Below are positions 1 through 13,990 of a stretch of DNA of 60,000 bases, piece by piece; position 1 is the first letter of the stretch; every line of letters begins with the position of its first letter. The position numbers and the translations under genes are program-made. Under the pieces are notes generated by a model. It did no database searches. It saw only the letters and a list, made by a program, of their open reading frames with translations, and was not told the origin of the DNA. This DNA comes from Mobula hypostoma (taxonomy: Eukaryota), in the NCBI RefSeq assembly GCF_963921235.1, contig NC_086097.1, positions 69,318,001 through 69,378,000 on the forward strand, given 5' to 3'.

Positions 1-139
1 TTTAAAAGGGGAAGAATTAGATTGAATAACAAGTTAGTCAATTTGCCATTGAAAGATTCAAATTGCTGAAAAATTTTGCAAGTTACAGCATAAATCAGCA
101 TTTAGAGAAGGATTAGTTAATTACAAACAGTTAATTTCA

Positions 140-1305
140 AAGTTTAAAGTTCAAAGTAAATTTATTATCATAATTCATATACAATATACTGCCCTGAGAT
201 TCATTTTATTCAACATACTACCCTGAGATTCATTTCATGCAACATACTACCCTGAGATTCATTTTCTTGTGGGCATTCACAGTAGAATAAAGAAATACAA
301 TGGAATCAATTAAAAACTGCAAAGAAAGTCTGACAAACAATGTCCAAAAAAAAGACAAACTGTGCAAGTACAAAAATCCGAATAATAATAATAATAAACA
401 AGTAAATAAATAATACTGAGAACATCAGTTGAAGAGCCTTTGAAAGTGAGTCAATAGTTTGTGGAAACAACAGGAATTCTGCAGATGCTGGAAATTCAAG
501 CAACATACATCAAAGTTGCTGGTGAACGCAGCAGGCCAGGCAGCATCTATAGGAAGAGGCGCAGTCGACGTTTCAGGCCGAGACCCTTCGTCAGACGAAG
601 GGTCTCGGCCTGAAACGTCGACTGCGCCTCTTCCTATAGATGCTGCCTGGCCTGCTGCGTTCACCAGCAACTTTGATGTATGTTTCAATAGTTTGTGGAA
701 TCAGTTCAGTGTTGAGATACGTGAAGTTAAACATGTTGGCTTATGAGCCAGACACTTGAAGGATAATAACTGTTCCTGAACCTAGTGGTGTCGGACTTGA
801 GGCTTCAGTACCTCTTTCCTGATGGGAGCAGCATGAAGAGAGCATGGCCTGGACAGTGGGGCCCTTGATGATGGATGCTGCTTTCTTGTGGCAGAGCTCC
901 TTGTAGATGTACTCAATGGTAGAGAAGACTTTTCCTGTGATTGACAGGGAAGTACTCACCAGTTTTCGTAGCCTTTTTCTGTTCTTAGGCATCGGTGTTT
1001 CTGTACCAAGCCATGACACAACCAGTCAAGATACTCTCTACTGTTCACCTATAGAAGTTTGTCAAAGTTTGAGATGACATGCCAACTCTGCCCAAACTTC
1101 TAAGAATGTTGAGACCCTGCCATGCCTTCTTTACAATGGCACTTATGAGCTGGTTCCAGGACAGATCCTCAGAAATGATAACGCCAAGGCATTTAAAGTC
1201 ACTGACCTGCTCCACCTCCAATTCTCTAATGAGGACTGGCTCATGGACCCTCAGCTTCTTCCTCCTGTAGTCAATAATCAGCTCTTTGGTTTTGCTGACA
1301 TTGAT
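140..1305 (-). mobile_element. Rex1/Babar LINE 3' portion (host of the palindromic insertion)
   Basis: KNRKRLRKLV...KAASIIKGP; (aagttc)n-like tail at ~140-160; three short catactaccctgagattcattt repeats at ~186-265. Confidence 0.75.
467..684. mobile_element. Penelope-derived fold-back insertion: perfect palindrome with a 16-bp TSD
   Basis: Arms 502-592 and 594-684 are exact reverse complements around a single A at 593; TSD tcaatagtttgtggaa at 451-466 and 685-700. Confidence 0.92.
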
Positions 1306-1564
1306 TGGCTAGTGGTGATAACAAAGAGGGTCAATGAGGGTAGAGCCTTGATTAGTGTACATGGATTTTGGAAAGTTCAAAGAAAGTAAAAGCTGGTGGG
1401 ATCTAAGAGAAAGTGGAAAGATGTATTAACAATTTCCCTAGTGACAGAAAGTTTAGTGTAACAATCAGTCACTGACGGACTGCGTGCAGGCAGAGATGCT
1501 GTGCAGAGAGAAGTCAGGATTAGCCCCTTGTTTTTGAATGATGTAGATTTAAATGCACAGGCCA

Positions 1565-2027
1565 CAAATTGAATTGAATTGACTTTATTTCTTACATCCT
1601 TCTTACACATGAGGAGTAAAAATCTTTAGGTTACATCTCCATCTAAATGTGCCATGTGCAATCATAGTAATTTATAATAATTTATAATAAATATAACAGT
1701 CAATGTAATATAGAGTACACTCAAATCAGCATGAGTTAATCAGTCTGATGGCCTGGTGGAAGAAGCTGTCCTGAGCCTGTTGGTCCTGGCTTTTATGCTG
1801 CGGTACTGCTTCCCGGATGGTAACAGCTAGAATAGGTTGTGGTTGGGATGACTCAGGTCCCCAGTGATCCTATGGGCCCTTTTTGCACACCTGTCCTTGT
1901 AAATGTCCTGAATCATGGGAAGTTCACAACTACAGATGTGCTGGGCTGTCCGCACCACTCTCTGCAGAGTCCTGCGATTAAGGGAGGTACAGTTCCCATA
2001 TCAGGCAGTGATGCAGCCAGTCAGGAT
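1565..2027 (-). mobile_element. Rex1/Babar LINE 3' fragment
   Basis: (aattg)n tail; same family as 37250-38560 and 22490-22680. Confidence 0.75.
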
Positions 2028-2107
2028 TAAGAAGTATAAGAAGAATGCCAAGATTAGAAGAATGAGTTTGAGTGAACAAAAACTTTTGGGTAAAAGAGAA
2101 TATTAAT

Positions 2108-2284
2108 TTATTTACTTGTTTAGATATACAGCATGGAATAGAGCCTTCTGGCACTTCAAGCCCCGATTTACCCCTAGCTTAATCACGGGACAATTAGCCT
2201 ACTAACTGGTACGTCTTTGGACTGTGAGAGGAAACCGGTGCACCCAGAGAAAACTCACGCATTCCACAGGGAGGACATACAGAT
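2108..2284 (-). repeat. HE1/V-SINE-like SINE fragment
   Basis: Minus strand reads ...tgcaccggtttcctctcacagtccaaagacgtacc... (V-domain-like core) followed by a CR1-like tail. Confidence 0.6.
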
Positions 2285-2286
2285 GA

Positions 2287-3783
2287 TAGAACATAGAACA
2301 TAGAACATAGAACATAGAACAGTACAGCACAGTACAGGCCCTTCAGCCCACATTGCTGTGCCAACCCTCAAACCCTGCCTCCCATATAACCTCCCACCTT
2401 AAATTCCTCCATATACCTGTCTAGTAGTCTCTTAAATTTCACTAGTGTATCTGCCTCCACCACTGACTCAGGCAGTGTATTCCATGCACCAACCACTCTC
2501 TGAGTAAAAAACCTTCCTCTAATATCCCCCTTGAAATTCCCACCCCTTACCTTAAAGCCATATCCCCTTGTACTGAGCAGTGGTGCCCTGGGGAAGAGGC
2601 GCTGGCTATCCACTCTATCTATGCCTTTTAATATCTTGTATATCTCTATCATGTCTCCTCTCATCCTCCTTCTCTCCAAAGAGTAAAGCCCTAGCTCCCT
2701 TAATCTCTGACCATAATGCATACTCTCTAAACCAGGCAGCATCCTGGTAAATCTCCTCTGTACCCTTTCCAATGCTTCCACATCCTTCCTATAGTGAGGC
2801 GACCAGAACTGGACACAGTACTCCAGTTGTGGCCTAACCAGAGTTTTATAGAGCTGCATCATTACCTCGTGACTCTTAAAAACTATCCCTCGACTTATGA
2901 AAGCTAATACCCTATAAGCTTTCTTAACTACCCTATCCACCTGTGAGGCAACTTCCAGGGATCTGTGGACATGTACCCCGAGATCCCTCTGCTCCTCCGC
3001 ACTACCAAGTATCCTGCCATTTACTTTGTACTCTGCCTTGAAGTTTGTCCTTCCAAAGTGTACCACCTCACACTTCTCCGGGTTGAACTCCATCTGCCAC
3101 TTCTCAGCCCACTTCTGCAACCTATCAATGTCTCTTTGCAATCTTCGACAATCCTCTACACTATCTACAATACCACTAACCTTTGTGTCATCTGCAAACT
3201 TTCAAACCCACCCTTCTACCCCCACATCCATGTCGTTAATAAAAATCACGAAAAGTAGGGGTCCCAGAACCGATCCTTGTGGGACACCACTAGTCACAAC
3301 CCTCCAATCCAAATGTTCTCCCTCCACCACGACCCTCTGCCTTCTGCAGGCAAGCCAATTCTGAATCCACCTGGCCAAACTTCCCTGGATCCCATGCCTT
3401 CTGACTTTCTGAATAAGCCTACCATGTGGAACCTTGTCAAATGCCTTACTAAAATCCATATAGATCACATCCACTGCACTACCCTATCTATATGCCTGGT
3501 CACCTCCTCAAAGAACTCTATCAGGCTTGTTAGACATGATCTGCCCTTCACAACGCCATGCTGACTGTCCCTGATCAGACCATGATTCTCTAAATGCCCA
3601 TAGATCCTATCTCTAAGGATCTTTTCCAACAGCTTTCCCACCACAGACGTAAGGCTCACTGGTCTATAATTACCCGGACTATCCCTACTACATTTTTTGA
3701 ACAAGGGGACAACATTCACCTCCCTGCAATCCTCCAGTACCATTCCCGTGGACAACGAGGACATAAAGATCCTAGCCAGAGGA
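2287..3783 (-). mobile_element. CR1 LINE, 5'-truncated and relatively young (RT domain to 3' tail)
   Basis: [38 protein letters not shown], 257-aa C-terminal ORF at 2368-3141; (agaacat)n tail; few frameshifts. Confidence 0.95.
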
Positions 3784-5489
3784 TATGATATCGGAATTTA
3801 ACTCTGAACTCTGACGCCCTGAGCTGTAATAGTGTCAATAGATTTGTTAGATAAAGACAAAATTGTCTCATGAAATTCCATCCAAATAAATGTGAAGAAA
3901 TGCATTGATGTCCTCTAATCAATAGATAGAGTCTTTGAGTCAATATTTTAACATGGAGGTTGATAATAGAAGCAAAAAAAATACAGGGCTGTAGAACATC
4001 TACATCTTCTCCCTATGGCAACCCTAGCTTCACCTTGTCACCGATATTTCCTTTCTCCTGCATTTCCCACACCCTGACTTCACTGAAAGCTGTTTTTCCT
4101 CACTCCCCACCCCCCAGCTCTAATTAAAGGTCTTCAACCGGAAATGTTAAATTTGTCTCTTTCTGCTGATGCTGTTTGACCACTGAATATTCCCAGCATT
4201 CTCTGTTTTTATTTCAGATTTCCAGCATCTGCAGTTTTTTTAAAAAATTGTATTGGCCTTAACCAAATTGTACATCTGGGCAGTAGGCAAATTAGGGATT
4301 TCAGGCTTCTTATTTTAAGGAAGCAACCCATAAGCAAATGTTTGTATTGCCAATTTGTTTAGCAAAACATTCAACAGGAAATCCAATTTCCCTTGTTTGT
4401 ATCCAAACAGAGAGAAATTCTTTATGTTTGATTTGTTTTGAACTGATCACCCAGCCAGCAATCTTCCTGCTTGGAATTCAGCGATCTTCTCTCTAAAACA
4501 TATTTGTTAGAAATTTGGTATCAATTGACTCTATTAACAAAGGTAAGCACGGTCAAATTTTTTGAACACATAGAGGGATTAGGGTGGCCTGATGTGAAAA
4601 TTGATAGAATAACATTATGTGATACAAATGTGATGACATAATGGAATAAGCTCTTAGAAACTGAATTTTCTCCTATATAGTCTCCTTTGATTGAATGGAA
4701 ATTTGTTTAAAATCTCAATATAATATAGTAATGAATTAAATTTTGAATTAATAAATCTATTTTCTTCTTTAAAAACTTTTTTCTGAGTATCAAGTATTGA
4801 ATTCTATCATTTAATTTAACCATTCCTGGCCCATGTAGAAACAGTTCCAAATTTGTATCCCTCACTGTAGTCTTCAATGCCCTCCTTTATACCCTGATAT
4901 GTTCTACTTTATGGAGGCAATCACCATCTTGTGTGAAAACCTATGCAATTAAACTGCAAATTATGCCTCCTGGTGGATTAGATTTCTGATGCGTTTCCAA
5001 GTTGTTTTGGACTTAAGCCTACAATGTGTTCATTGATCTTTTCTCAGCAGAATTTGTAAACATTAAGTATTTTTAATATTACCATTCATACAAATCATTA
5101 TCAAAATGAAGTAAGAAACAGGGATAGAAAAACAGCTGATGTATGTAACAACGTTTGTAGTATATTGACAGCCACACTTAAAAAAATTATCTAATTTCAT
5201 TTTCATATCTAAGGTGCGGTTTGGTGACTAATTATTGAACATAAACATAAAATAATAATAAAAATACAATGCTACAGACAAGAATTTTATCTTTGGCATT
5301 AAAAGAATCAAGCAGTATGTCATGATGACATTCTAACACAACTAAGATAATTTAGCAAACCAGGGGTTATGTCATATATTAAAGAATATTTCAATAAACC
5401 AGGCTATTTGATATCAGTAATCATCACTCAGGGGTATTCCAACTGAAGTATCTTCATTGTTTCAATGTCTTGGCCTACAAGAACAAATA

Positions 5490-6420
5490 AGTAATGTGCA
5501 GTTGAACAACAACCAGTTGACCTTGCGTCCGTCATCACTGTTCAATCTGCGAATCTACACTCATGTCTGTGTAGCTAAGCACAGTTCAAACACCATTCAT
5601 GAATTTGAACTGTTGTGGGTAGAATCTTAGATGCAACAAAGAAGCATACAGGATTTAGGTAGATTGGCTGTTTGAGTGGTGTCACAACAATAACATCAGT
5701 TTCAGTGTAATCAAGACCAAGAAGATGATTGTGAACTTTAGGAAAGAGGAAGTCAGGAGAACACACCAGTCCTAGAGGGGTCAGTGGTAGAAAGGGGGAG
5801 CAGCTTCAATTTCCTGGGCATCAAAATCTCAGTCGATCAATCCTGGGCCCAGCACATTCATGCAATCATGAAGAAGGCACACCAGCAGCTCTAGTTCATT
5901 AGGAGTCTGAGGAGCTTTAGTATGTCACCAAAGACTCTTACAAATTTCTATATACCTATGGTGGAGAGCGTTCTGACTGGCTGCATCACAATCTGGTGTG
6001 TCGTATCCAAAGTACATGATTGAAAGGGGTTGCAGAGGGTTATGAACACAAACAGTTCCACCATGGGCACAACTATCTCCTCCATCGAGACCATCTTCAA
6101 GAGGCGATGCCTCAAGAAGGCAGCGTCCATCATTAAGGACGTTCATCATCTCGGACATGGCCCCTTCTCATTACTACATGAGGGAGCAGGTGCAGGAGCT
6201 TGAAGACCCCACACTCAATGATTCAGGAGGAGCTCCTTTCTCTCCAGCATCAGATTTCTGAACAGTCCATGATCCCATGAACATTACACCATAATTCCTT
6301 TCCTGCATTATTTGTTTATGTAATTTATGTTTTAAAAAGGTGTTTATATCTTTACACTGTACTGCTGCTGCAAAACAACAAACTTCACATCATAAGTCAT
6401 TGATAATAAACCTGATTCTG
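5490..6420 (+). mobile_element. Rex1/Babar LINE 3' portion, decayed
   Basis: Decayed RT C-terminal coding sequence; ends in taataaacctgattctg. Confidence 0.7.
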
Positions 6421-6624
6421 GTCACAAATAATCAAAATATGGATCCGCCATTTCAACTGCAAGAAATGGATTCAAATAGCTACTTTAATTCCCAGTCCTC
6501 TCTACCATCTGCAAGGCAGCAGAGGGTGACGGAATGCTCACACTCATATGAACCGGGTATCCTCATTGCACTGCGGTATCCTCAGCAAAGTTATCTGCAT
6601 GATTGGCAACCTTGTGAAGAGAAA

Positions 6625-8610
6625 CATAAAGGACAGAGAGTAGTTCAGCACAGGAACTGGCCCTTCAACCCATGTTGCACCAAACTAATTAAACTAGTAA
6701 TTAAATGTCAAGCTAAACTAATTCCTTCTGCCGACACAGTGCCCATATCCTTCCATTCCCTGCACATTCAAGTGCCTATCTGAGAACATCTTCAATGCCT
6801 CTCGGAAATTTGATTTCACCAGCATGCCAGGAACCAGGCAACAGTCTCTGTGAAAAAAAAACTTGCACCACTTATTTCATTTGAACTTCTAGTTCAAGTT
6901 CAAACTTATTTTTGATTATCATTCAACCATTCACATGTATATAGCTAACTGAAACGTTCCTCCAGGGCCAATGTGCAAAGCCCCACCTTAAATGCATGCC
7001 TTCCTTCTCACCTTAAATACATACCTTCCAGTTCAGACAGTTTGACTCTGGAAGAAAGATACCGGCTTTCTATTGTACTATAACCTCCCAATCTTATAAA
7101 CCTTTATCATTTCTTCTCTCAGCCTCTGCAGCTCCAGAGAAATTCCAACTTCTCCTTACAACACATGCACTCGCATCCAGGCAGCATCCTGATAAGCCTC
7201 TTCTGCACCCTCTCCAAAGCTTCAACATCCTTCCTATAATGGGGTGACCTAACTAAAGTTTTATAAAGCTGCAATATACTCTGTGACTCTTGAATTTAGT
7301 GCCTGGGTCAACATGCCTCTTTTACCACCCCATTAACCTGTGCACCCGCTTTTAGAGAGCTATGAACTTGAACTCACAGGAACCCTCCATACGTTAATAC
7401 TGTTAAGAATCTTGTCATTGACAGTGCACTGTCCCTTTATATTTGATCTTTTAAAGTGTAACACCTGACATTTGGGTAAATTAAACTCCATCTACCATTT
7501 CTATGCCAATATGTGCAAATGATCTATATCCCACTGTATCCTTTGATAATCTTCTGCACTTTGTATCAGCTGCAAACTTACTAAGCCATCCAATATGCTG
7601 CACGAGTCTACCACAAGGGACCTTGCCAAATGCCGTACTACATCTGCAGCTCTACCTTCATCATCCCTTTGAAAAACTCGTTCAAGTTGATAAACCATGG
7701 TTTGCCCCACACAAAGACATGTTGGTTGTCCCTAACCAGGCCATGGCTTTCCAATGGCTCATAACCTCTATTCCTAAGAATCCTTTCCTGCAGCTTCCCT
7801 ACTACTGATGTGAGATTCACTGGACTATAGCTTCCAGGATTATCCCTATTTATCTTCTTGAATAATTTAAGTTACTCATCAGTCCTTCGGGACTTTGTCT
7901 ATGACAGGAAAGTATACAATGATCTTGATCAATGCACCAGCAATCTCATCTCTTGCTTCTCTCAGTAACATGGGAACTTATTTAGGACCTCACAAAGTAC
8001 AGGACTGAACAAAGTACTCACTTAAGGCCTTGCCTCAATCCAGCACCTCCAAGCACATGTTCCCTTGTTTATTTCTGAGTGGTCCTACCCATTCCCTAGT
8101 TATCCTCTTGTTCTCAATCCATGTATAGAATGTCTTGGTTTTCTCTGTAATCCTACTTGGTAAGGATTTTTCCTGGTGCGTCCTGACTCTCCCAGTTCTT
8201 AATGTGTTCTTTTCTAATTTCTCTGTAACTCTCAAGAGCTCGGTTTGATCTTAGCTTCCTAAACCTGGAATGCACTTCCTTTTTTTTAAATCAAATTCAC
8301 CACTTCTCTCGATATTTACCTTGCCAACCATATCCTTCCTTTATACTGGAATAACATTTGTCCTGTACTCTGTGTGCAGTTGACTTTCAAATACCCTCCA
8401 CATATCAGATATGGACTTGCCCAAAACATATGGACTAGCTATTCCCTAGTTCCCGCCTAATATAATTTTCCTGCCCCAATTTAATAGTCTCTTACACTTT
8501 ATCATTATTTATATCAATCTTAAAACTAAAGGGGTTGTGGTCCCTTAGCTCTTCTTCCACTGAAAGACAAGTAATCTGGCCAGACTGATTTCCCAACATC
8601 AGGTCTAGCA
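6625..8610 (-). mobile_element. CR1 LINE ORF2, heavily decayed
   Basis: NLTSVVGKLQE, ENKRITREWVGPL, LLDLMLGNQSGQI. Confidence 0.8.
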
Positions 8611-9249
8611 GTACCGAGATGTCTGATAAAATGGTGGCACACTTGTCGCATTGGCTCTCTGGATCCAACAAATGGTGCAAATATTTTGTCTTAAACATTT
8701 TTCTTTCGTAGCAAGATTCTGTTGGACATAGATAATACAAAATACTACAAGGCCGGTTCATTGGCAAGACTAATGATGGGAGAGCTGCGTGGCCTCAGTT
8801 GATGAGTGGACCAGGATGTCATGCCACAGCATTGCCTATTACAGTCACCCACGGGAGAAAGTGTGCAGGCAGTATGGGAGAGAACAGGGGTGTGGCTGGC
8901 ATGCTGGAATCTGTGCTGGGTTGGGAGCTGTTCTCAGTGGGTCAGCTTAGCCATTAGTGCTGCCCTCCAGTCTTCATTCCTTGGAAGACAAGCTAAACGA
9001 AACAACATTCATTTGCAGTGGACTCAAATGTAAGATGAGGAACTACTGTGTGCTTGTTCTTGCAAGAACATGGCTATTGGACAATATTCCATGCACCATT
9101 AATCCTCAGGCTATGCCATTTAATAACTTGTGCTATTATTATTTTGTAACTGTACATTCTGTGCTTTGCACCTTGGACCCAGAGGATCGTTGTTTAGTTT
9201 AGTTTAGCTGTATACATGTATATGGTTGAATGACAATTAAATTTGAACT

Positions 9250-10280
9250 CGTATAGCCCCTCCTCTTATTGGACTATCTACATAATAATTTACGAAACCC
9301 TCCTGGACACACCCAACAAAATTCTACCCCTTTTAAAGCTGTTGCAGTAAAGAGGTCCCAGTCTATATTAGGGAAGTTGAAGTCACTCATGACAACCTCA
9401 TTCTGCCTGCAATTCTGTTCCTCAATATCTGTGTGGCTATTCAGTGTATTTGTAGTATAATCCCATCAGAGTGATTGCATTTTTCTTATTTTTGAGTTGT
9501 ACTTTTATAGATTTGGTGGATGAGTCCATTATATCCCCTGAGTGCAGCTGTGATATTGTCCCTGATTAACAGCGCAACTAACACCCCCATCCACACCCCC
9601 TCCCACTTTTACCTCCTTCTCTTTTCTAAAACATCAAAACCCTGCAACATTACGTATCCAATCCTGTCCCCCTCTCAACCACGTCTCTGCAATGGCCACA
9701 ACATATTTCCATGTACTGATTCATGCTCTAAGTTCATTACCCTTACCTTTAATATTCCCAGCATAAAAATAAAACACTTCAATCCATCTGTTCCATCATG
9801 TCTATTACCTTGCTCTTTTTTACACACTTACTGGTCTGGACATCAACTTTCCTCTCGTTTCCTTCACTTTCAGACATGCTGCTCTGGTTCCCAATCCCCT
9901 GCCAAACTAGTTTAAATCCTTTCGACTAGCACTAGCAAACCTCGTAGCCAGTATATTGGTTTCCCTGCAGTTCAGGAGCAGCCCATCTCGTCACCCCTGC
10001 CCCAAAAGAGTTTTTAATGGTCCAAAAACCTGGAACCCTGATCCTAAACCAGTTCCACAGCATGTTCAGCATTTCTGTCTTTCTATTCTTACCCTGACTA
10101 GTACATGGCACCTGGTGTAGTCCAGAGATTACTACCTTCGATGTTCCACTTTTGAGCCTCTTTCCCAACTCACTGCGCTGGTCCTTTTTCCTTGTTCTAT
10201 GTTATTAGTGTTGCCGTTCACCTTCTTACCCTCCCACTTGAGGAAGTTCTGCAGCCACTCGGAGAACTCTTCAATCCTGG
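9250..10280 (-). mobile_element. CR1 LINE 5' part (ORF1 esterase-like region and endonuclease start), decayed
   Basis: RLKSGTSKVVISGLHQVP resembles the SGNH-esterase ORF1 of CR1 elements; endonuclease-like GDFNFPNIDW remnant at ~9355-9390. Confidence 0.65.
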
Positions 10281-10983
10281 CACCTTTGACTGAACTGAAG
10301 ATCAGTGCATCGTGGAAGGAATAATTAGTAATTACAATAGTTTTTATTAATACTAACTCCATCAATCCTTCAACCAAGAATGGGAAGAACAGTTACAATA
10401 CAAGAATAGCTGTACTTACAAACCTTTTTATCAGGTGACACAGCATTCATACTTGAACACATCAGAAACGCCCCTTTACTCTTATTGGATCAAAATCTGT
10501 GAATTGTCTTCTCAATGCTTCTGTACAAGTGGCTCACAAAGAAAGAAGCGAGTCACATATATAGTCTTGTAATGGGGAATTAACTTTGCCATTGTGGTTG
10601 ATATGAAATAAATAAGAGCATTCATTGGAAGAGGATTAGCCCACACATGGTGGGGAATTGAGAATAAATATGAAGGATGAGAGCCAGCACCATTTTGTGA
10701 AAAATAAATTGCTGTTAAAGAGCACATTGCTAAATCATGATGGCTACACATCAGCTGATCACTGGATCCTGATGTAGAAAAGTCCACAATTCACACTACC
10801 CAGGAAAATACACAATTGCATCTTATGAGAGAAGAAATCTAGAAGGTTAGTAAATTGAAATGTGAAATGGTGGAATGAAGGTAATTTCTCATCCACTTCT
10901 CTCCTTTATTATTCTGAAGGAAATTTCTGCATTCTGTACTAACATTTCAAACAGTCACACATACAGTATCTTCAGCAAAAAAA

Positions 10984-11582
10984 GATGAGAAAATCTGCAG
11001 ATGCTGGAAATCCAAGTAACACACACAAAATGCTGGAAGAACTCAGCAGGCCAGGCAGTTCACATTCAGCATGAGGCCACACTCAGGTTGGAGGAGCAAT
11101 ACTATATATTCCGTTTGGGTAATCTCCAGACTGATGGCACGAACAACAATTTCTTAAACATTTCAGTAGCTCCCCCCACCTTCACCATTACCATTCCCAT
11201 TTCCCTCCCTCACTTCATCTCCTTACCTGCCATCAACTGCCTCTGATGCTCTTCCCCATTCCCATTCTTCTATGGTCTTCTACCTTTTCCTATTAGATTC
11301 CCTCTTCTCCAGCCCCTTATCTCTTTCACTTATCAGTTTTCCAGCCCTTTACTTCACCTCCATCCCCTCCCAGTTTCACCTCTCACCTACCACCTTGTAC
11401 TTCTTTCTCCATTCCCCTCCACCTTCTTACTCGAACTTCCCATCTTTTCTTTCTAGTCCTGATGAAGAGTCTCAGCCCAAAATGTTGACTGTTAACTCTT
11501 TTCCATTGATGCTGCCTGGCTTGCTGAGTTCTTCCAGCACTTTGGGTGTTGCTTGGAGTTCCAGCATCTGCAGATTTTCTTC
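10984..11582 (+). mobile_element. Penelope-like element 3' fragment with an inverted 5' pLTR piece
   Basis: EATLRLEEQYYIFRLGNLQTDG (GIY-YIG C-terminus); inverted terminal copies at 10984-11058 and ~11510-11582; degenerate hammerhead at ~11455-11490. Confidence 0.85.
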
Positions 11583-12149
11583 TACTTGTAAATATTCAAT
11601 TTATTAGCTTTAGTCCCTATTTTAGATTTATTACTCAAAGCCACAAAGAAATAGGCTATCAAATAGGTTTCTGTCAAGAACACTAATCTAAACTTAGATG
11701 GTAAAAACAAAGGATTTCTGCAATTTAAAAAACTGCAATGTATGTTTAAAGCATAGTTATTTTTTGAACTTCTAACTGTAAATTTAATTAGTTCATTCCA
11801 GTGCTAATAAAATATACTTCAACCTTCTCACTGAAAGTCCAATTGAACCATCAGGTGAAAATATTGAAGAAGAGCATTTGTGGAACTGGTTGAGGAGGTT
11901 GAAAAACTTCTCCCTTGTACAATTAAATTCCATGAATAATTTTAATGGAGTAGCAGCTATCATTCCACTCAAAAGCATGACAACTTGAAGGGAACATTGA
12001 AGACCACTTTATCATCTGAGCAAATAGAGGTGCAAACATAATTTTGGCGATGAAGGATGGTAGGTGGTTGAAACATACTTAAATGTTTAAAAGGATTAAT
12101 GTCAACCGCTATTTTATTCAAAGGTTTGCCATGGCTCCACTGACTTCAC

Positions 12150-12620
12150 ACTTTGTGTTATTGAGACCAAGAATCACAGTTGGCATTTCTCCTGCTGGAG
12201 AATCAATTCACTGAAACCATTCAAATGGAACAACAATTACATCAGGATAGCTAGGAGGATAAATCAACCAACATCAGTATTCTTCACAAGCCAGCATCCC
12301 CAGCAATGAGGATTTAACTACATATCAACATTTGGCAGGCCATTTTGCTTGAACATCTGACCCCACTTTTCCAAGCAATCACTTTATCCTGATGATCCCT
12401 GGGTCATGACCACAGAAATGAAGGAGGAACTTTTGGAATGGTTTTGGGAATCAACAGTCCATGTCTCTGCATTAAAAAAAAACATTACTTCACAAACTAC
12501 CCAAATGCCAGTCCTGCGAGATAACTTGACTCATTTGTGGAAGAGTTCTTGGAATCTAAAAAAAAATTACTGGAATGGAAACACATTCTCCTTAAACCCA
12601 AGAGATTGCCTAAGAAAAAG
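12150..12620 (+). mobile_element. Old RTE-type LINE 3' coding remnant
   Basis: Reading across frameshifts gives EDKSTNISIL..QASIPSNE...AGHF...PKQSLY, resembling the RTE ORF C-terminus. Confidence 0.5.
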
Positions 12621-13410
12621 CTGATGCAATTACCAGTACAAATTATTCACTTTTCCCCAGAATTTAAAGTTCAAGCTTACATTTCTTTGAATAGTTTTTC
12701 TTGATTCTTATATAGAAAGATTTTTTTTAAGTCTTCATCTTAGAAACCCTATAATTTCACCATAACTTGTTCCTTGGACGAGATATCTCATTCTGTATGC
12801 ATTTATTCAAGGAGGTAAAAGAGATAGAATATTCATGGTAAGTGCCATTTGTTGAAATAACTCATTCCTGCAATGTTTCCTACTGAGTTGTGACACAGCT
12901 ATGAAAATAAGACCAGAAGATATAGGAACAGAATTTGGCGATTTGACCCATTGAGTCTGCTCCACTATTTCATCATGGCTGATCCAATTTGCCTCTCAGC
13001 CTCAGTCTCCTGCCTTCTCCCCGTATCCCTTCATGCCCTAACCAATCAAGAACCTATCAACCTCTGCCTTAAATATACATAAAGACTTGGCCTTCAGAGC
13101 TGCCCGTGACAAAGAATTCTACATTCCCACGGTAGGACATTCAAATTGTGACATTTTATAACCCTAAAACATAAAACTAATTGGAAGAAAAACACGGAGA
13201 GTTCAGAATGAGAGTCTAACTTTGCTTTTACTTTAAGTGAGGCGCACGTGTATCATGTCGCTGTGTAATGATGTTTGCCATTTATGATGTTTGACAATTT
13301 GTGGCTGTGAAAACAATTTCAGGCTCTGGGACCTTCTCTGTGGTCATTGTAGGCGTTGACTCCTGTGACTGCGGGAAATGGTTCTGACAGCTCTGGTCAC
13401 CTTTCTTCTC

Positions 13411-13990
13411 CTTTTCTCTCTCGATCTATTTCGATCCTTGATTCACTTATGATCCCTATCATGATCTCGCTCTTGTTCCTATTGTTTTTCTTTATGTTCC
13501 TTCTCTCTTTCATGGCTTTCTCTTTCTTTTCCTTTTTCTTCTTTCTAGGATGTTCATCTTGATTTTGCGAAGGTCCATTTAGTTCACTGAAGTACTGTAG
13601 TCTATTACAGTATCCCTTTTATTTGTCCCTTTACGCTCTGATCTCTCCTCTTGGTTTCCACATCCACAATATCTCCATTGACTCCTTTTTTTTTTGGCTT
13701 TCCATTCATCCAGCTGGGGTTTGGTCTTTGCCCCTTTTACGAGCAGTTCTTTTGATTCCCACGAAGTTCATGCAATAATTTTAATATACACAACTTCCCT
13801 GAAGCTCCTTGAACTCTTTTCCAGTTTAAAACCAAGCCACATTTCGCAAGTAACTGCCTAATTAACGTATCAGAAGCTTTCTCAGATACCTTACCTGTAA
13901 GATCTGTTTTAGTCAGACCATTGCTTTCATCACTTTCGTGAGTCCTCTGAGCTTGGTCCCATATGTTTTCCAACCCAGAGGCACTAACAC
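13411..13990 (-). pseudogene. RBM25: Processed, internally deleted RBM25 retrocopy fragment (RRM through the RE/RD-rich region)
   Basis: GKVSEKASDTLIRQLLAKCGLVLNWKRVQGASGKL, KTKPQLDEWKAKKKGVNG, ETKRRDQSVKG and SELNGPSQNQDEHPRKKKKEKKE are collinear with recalled RBM25; no introns; frameshifts, stops and deletions present. Confidence 0.9.

Noticed and set aside
186..265. Three ~29-bp repeats superficially resembling a CRISPR array
   Set aside because: Tandem duplication in a LINE 3' UTR with no unique spacers, in eukaryotic DNA with no cas genes.
425..746. Two overlapping ORFs on opposite strands encoding the same peptide
   Set aside because: A direct consequence of the DNA palindrome; non-coding pLTR sequence.
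6340..6783. 147-aa plus-strand ORF
   Set aside because: Runs from a LINE tail into an antisense CR1 tail; no homology or splice support.
13356..13562. Hydrophobic, membrane-protein-like ORF
   Set aside because: Antisense reading of the Lys/Arg/Glu-rich RBM25 fragment.
13737..13973. RBM25-like ORF as a functional gene or exon
   Set aside because: RNP1 region deleted, frameshifts and stops follow, and it is embedded in a decayed LTR element.
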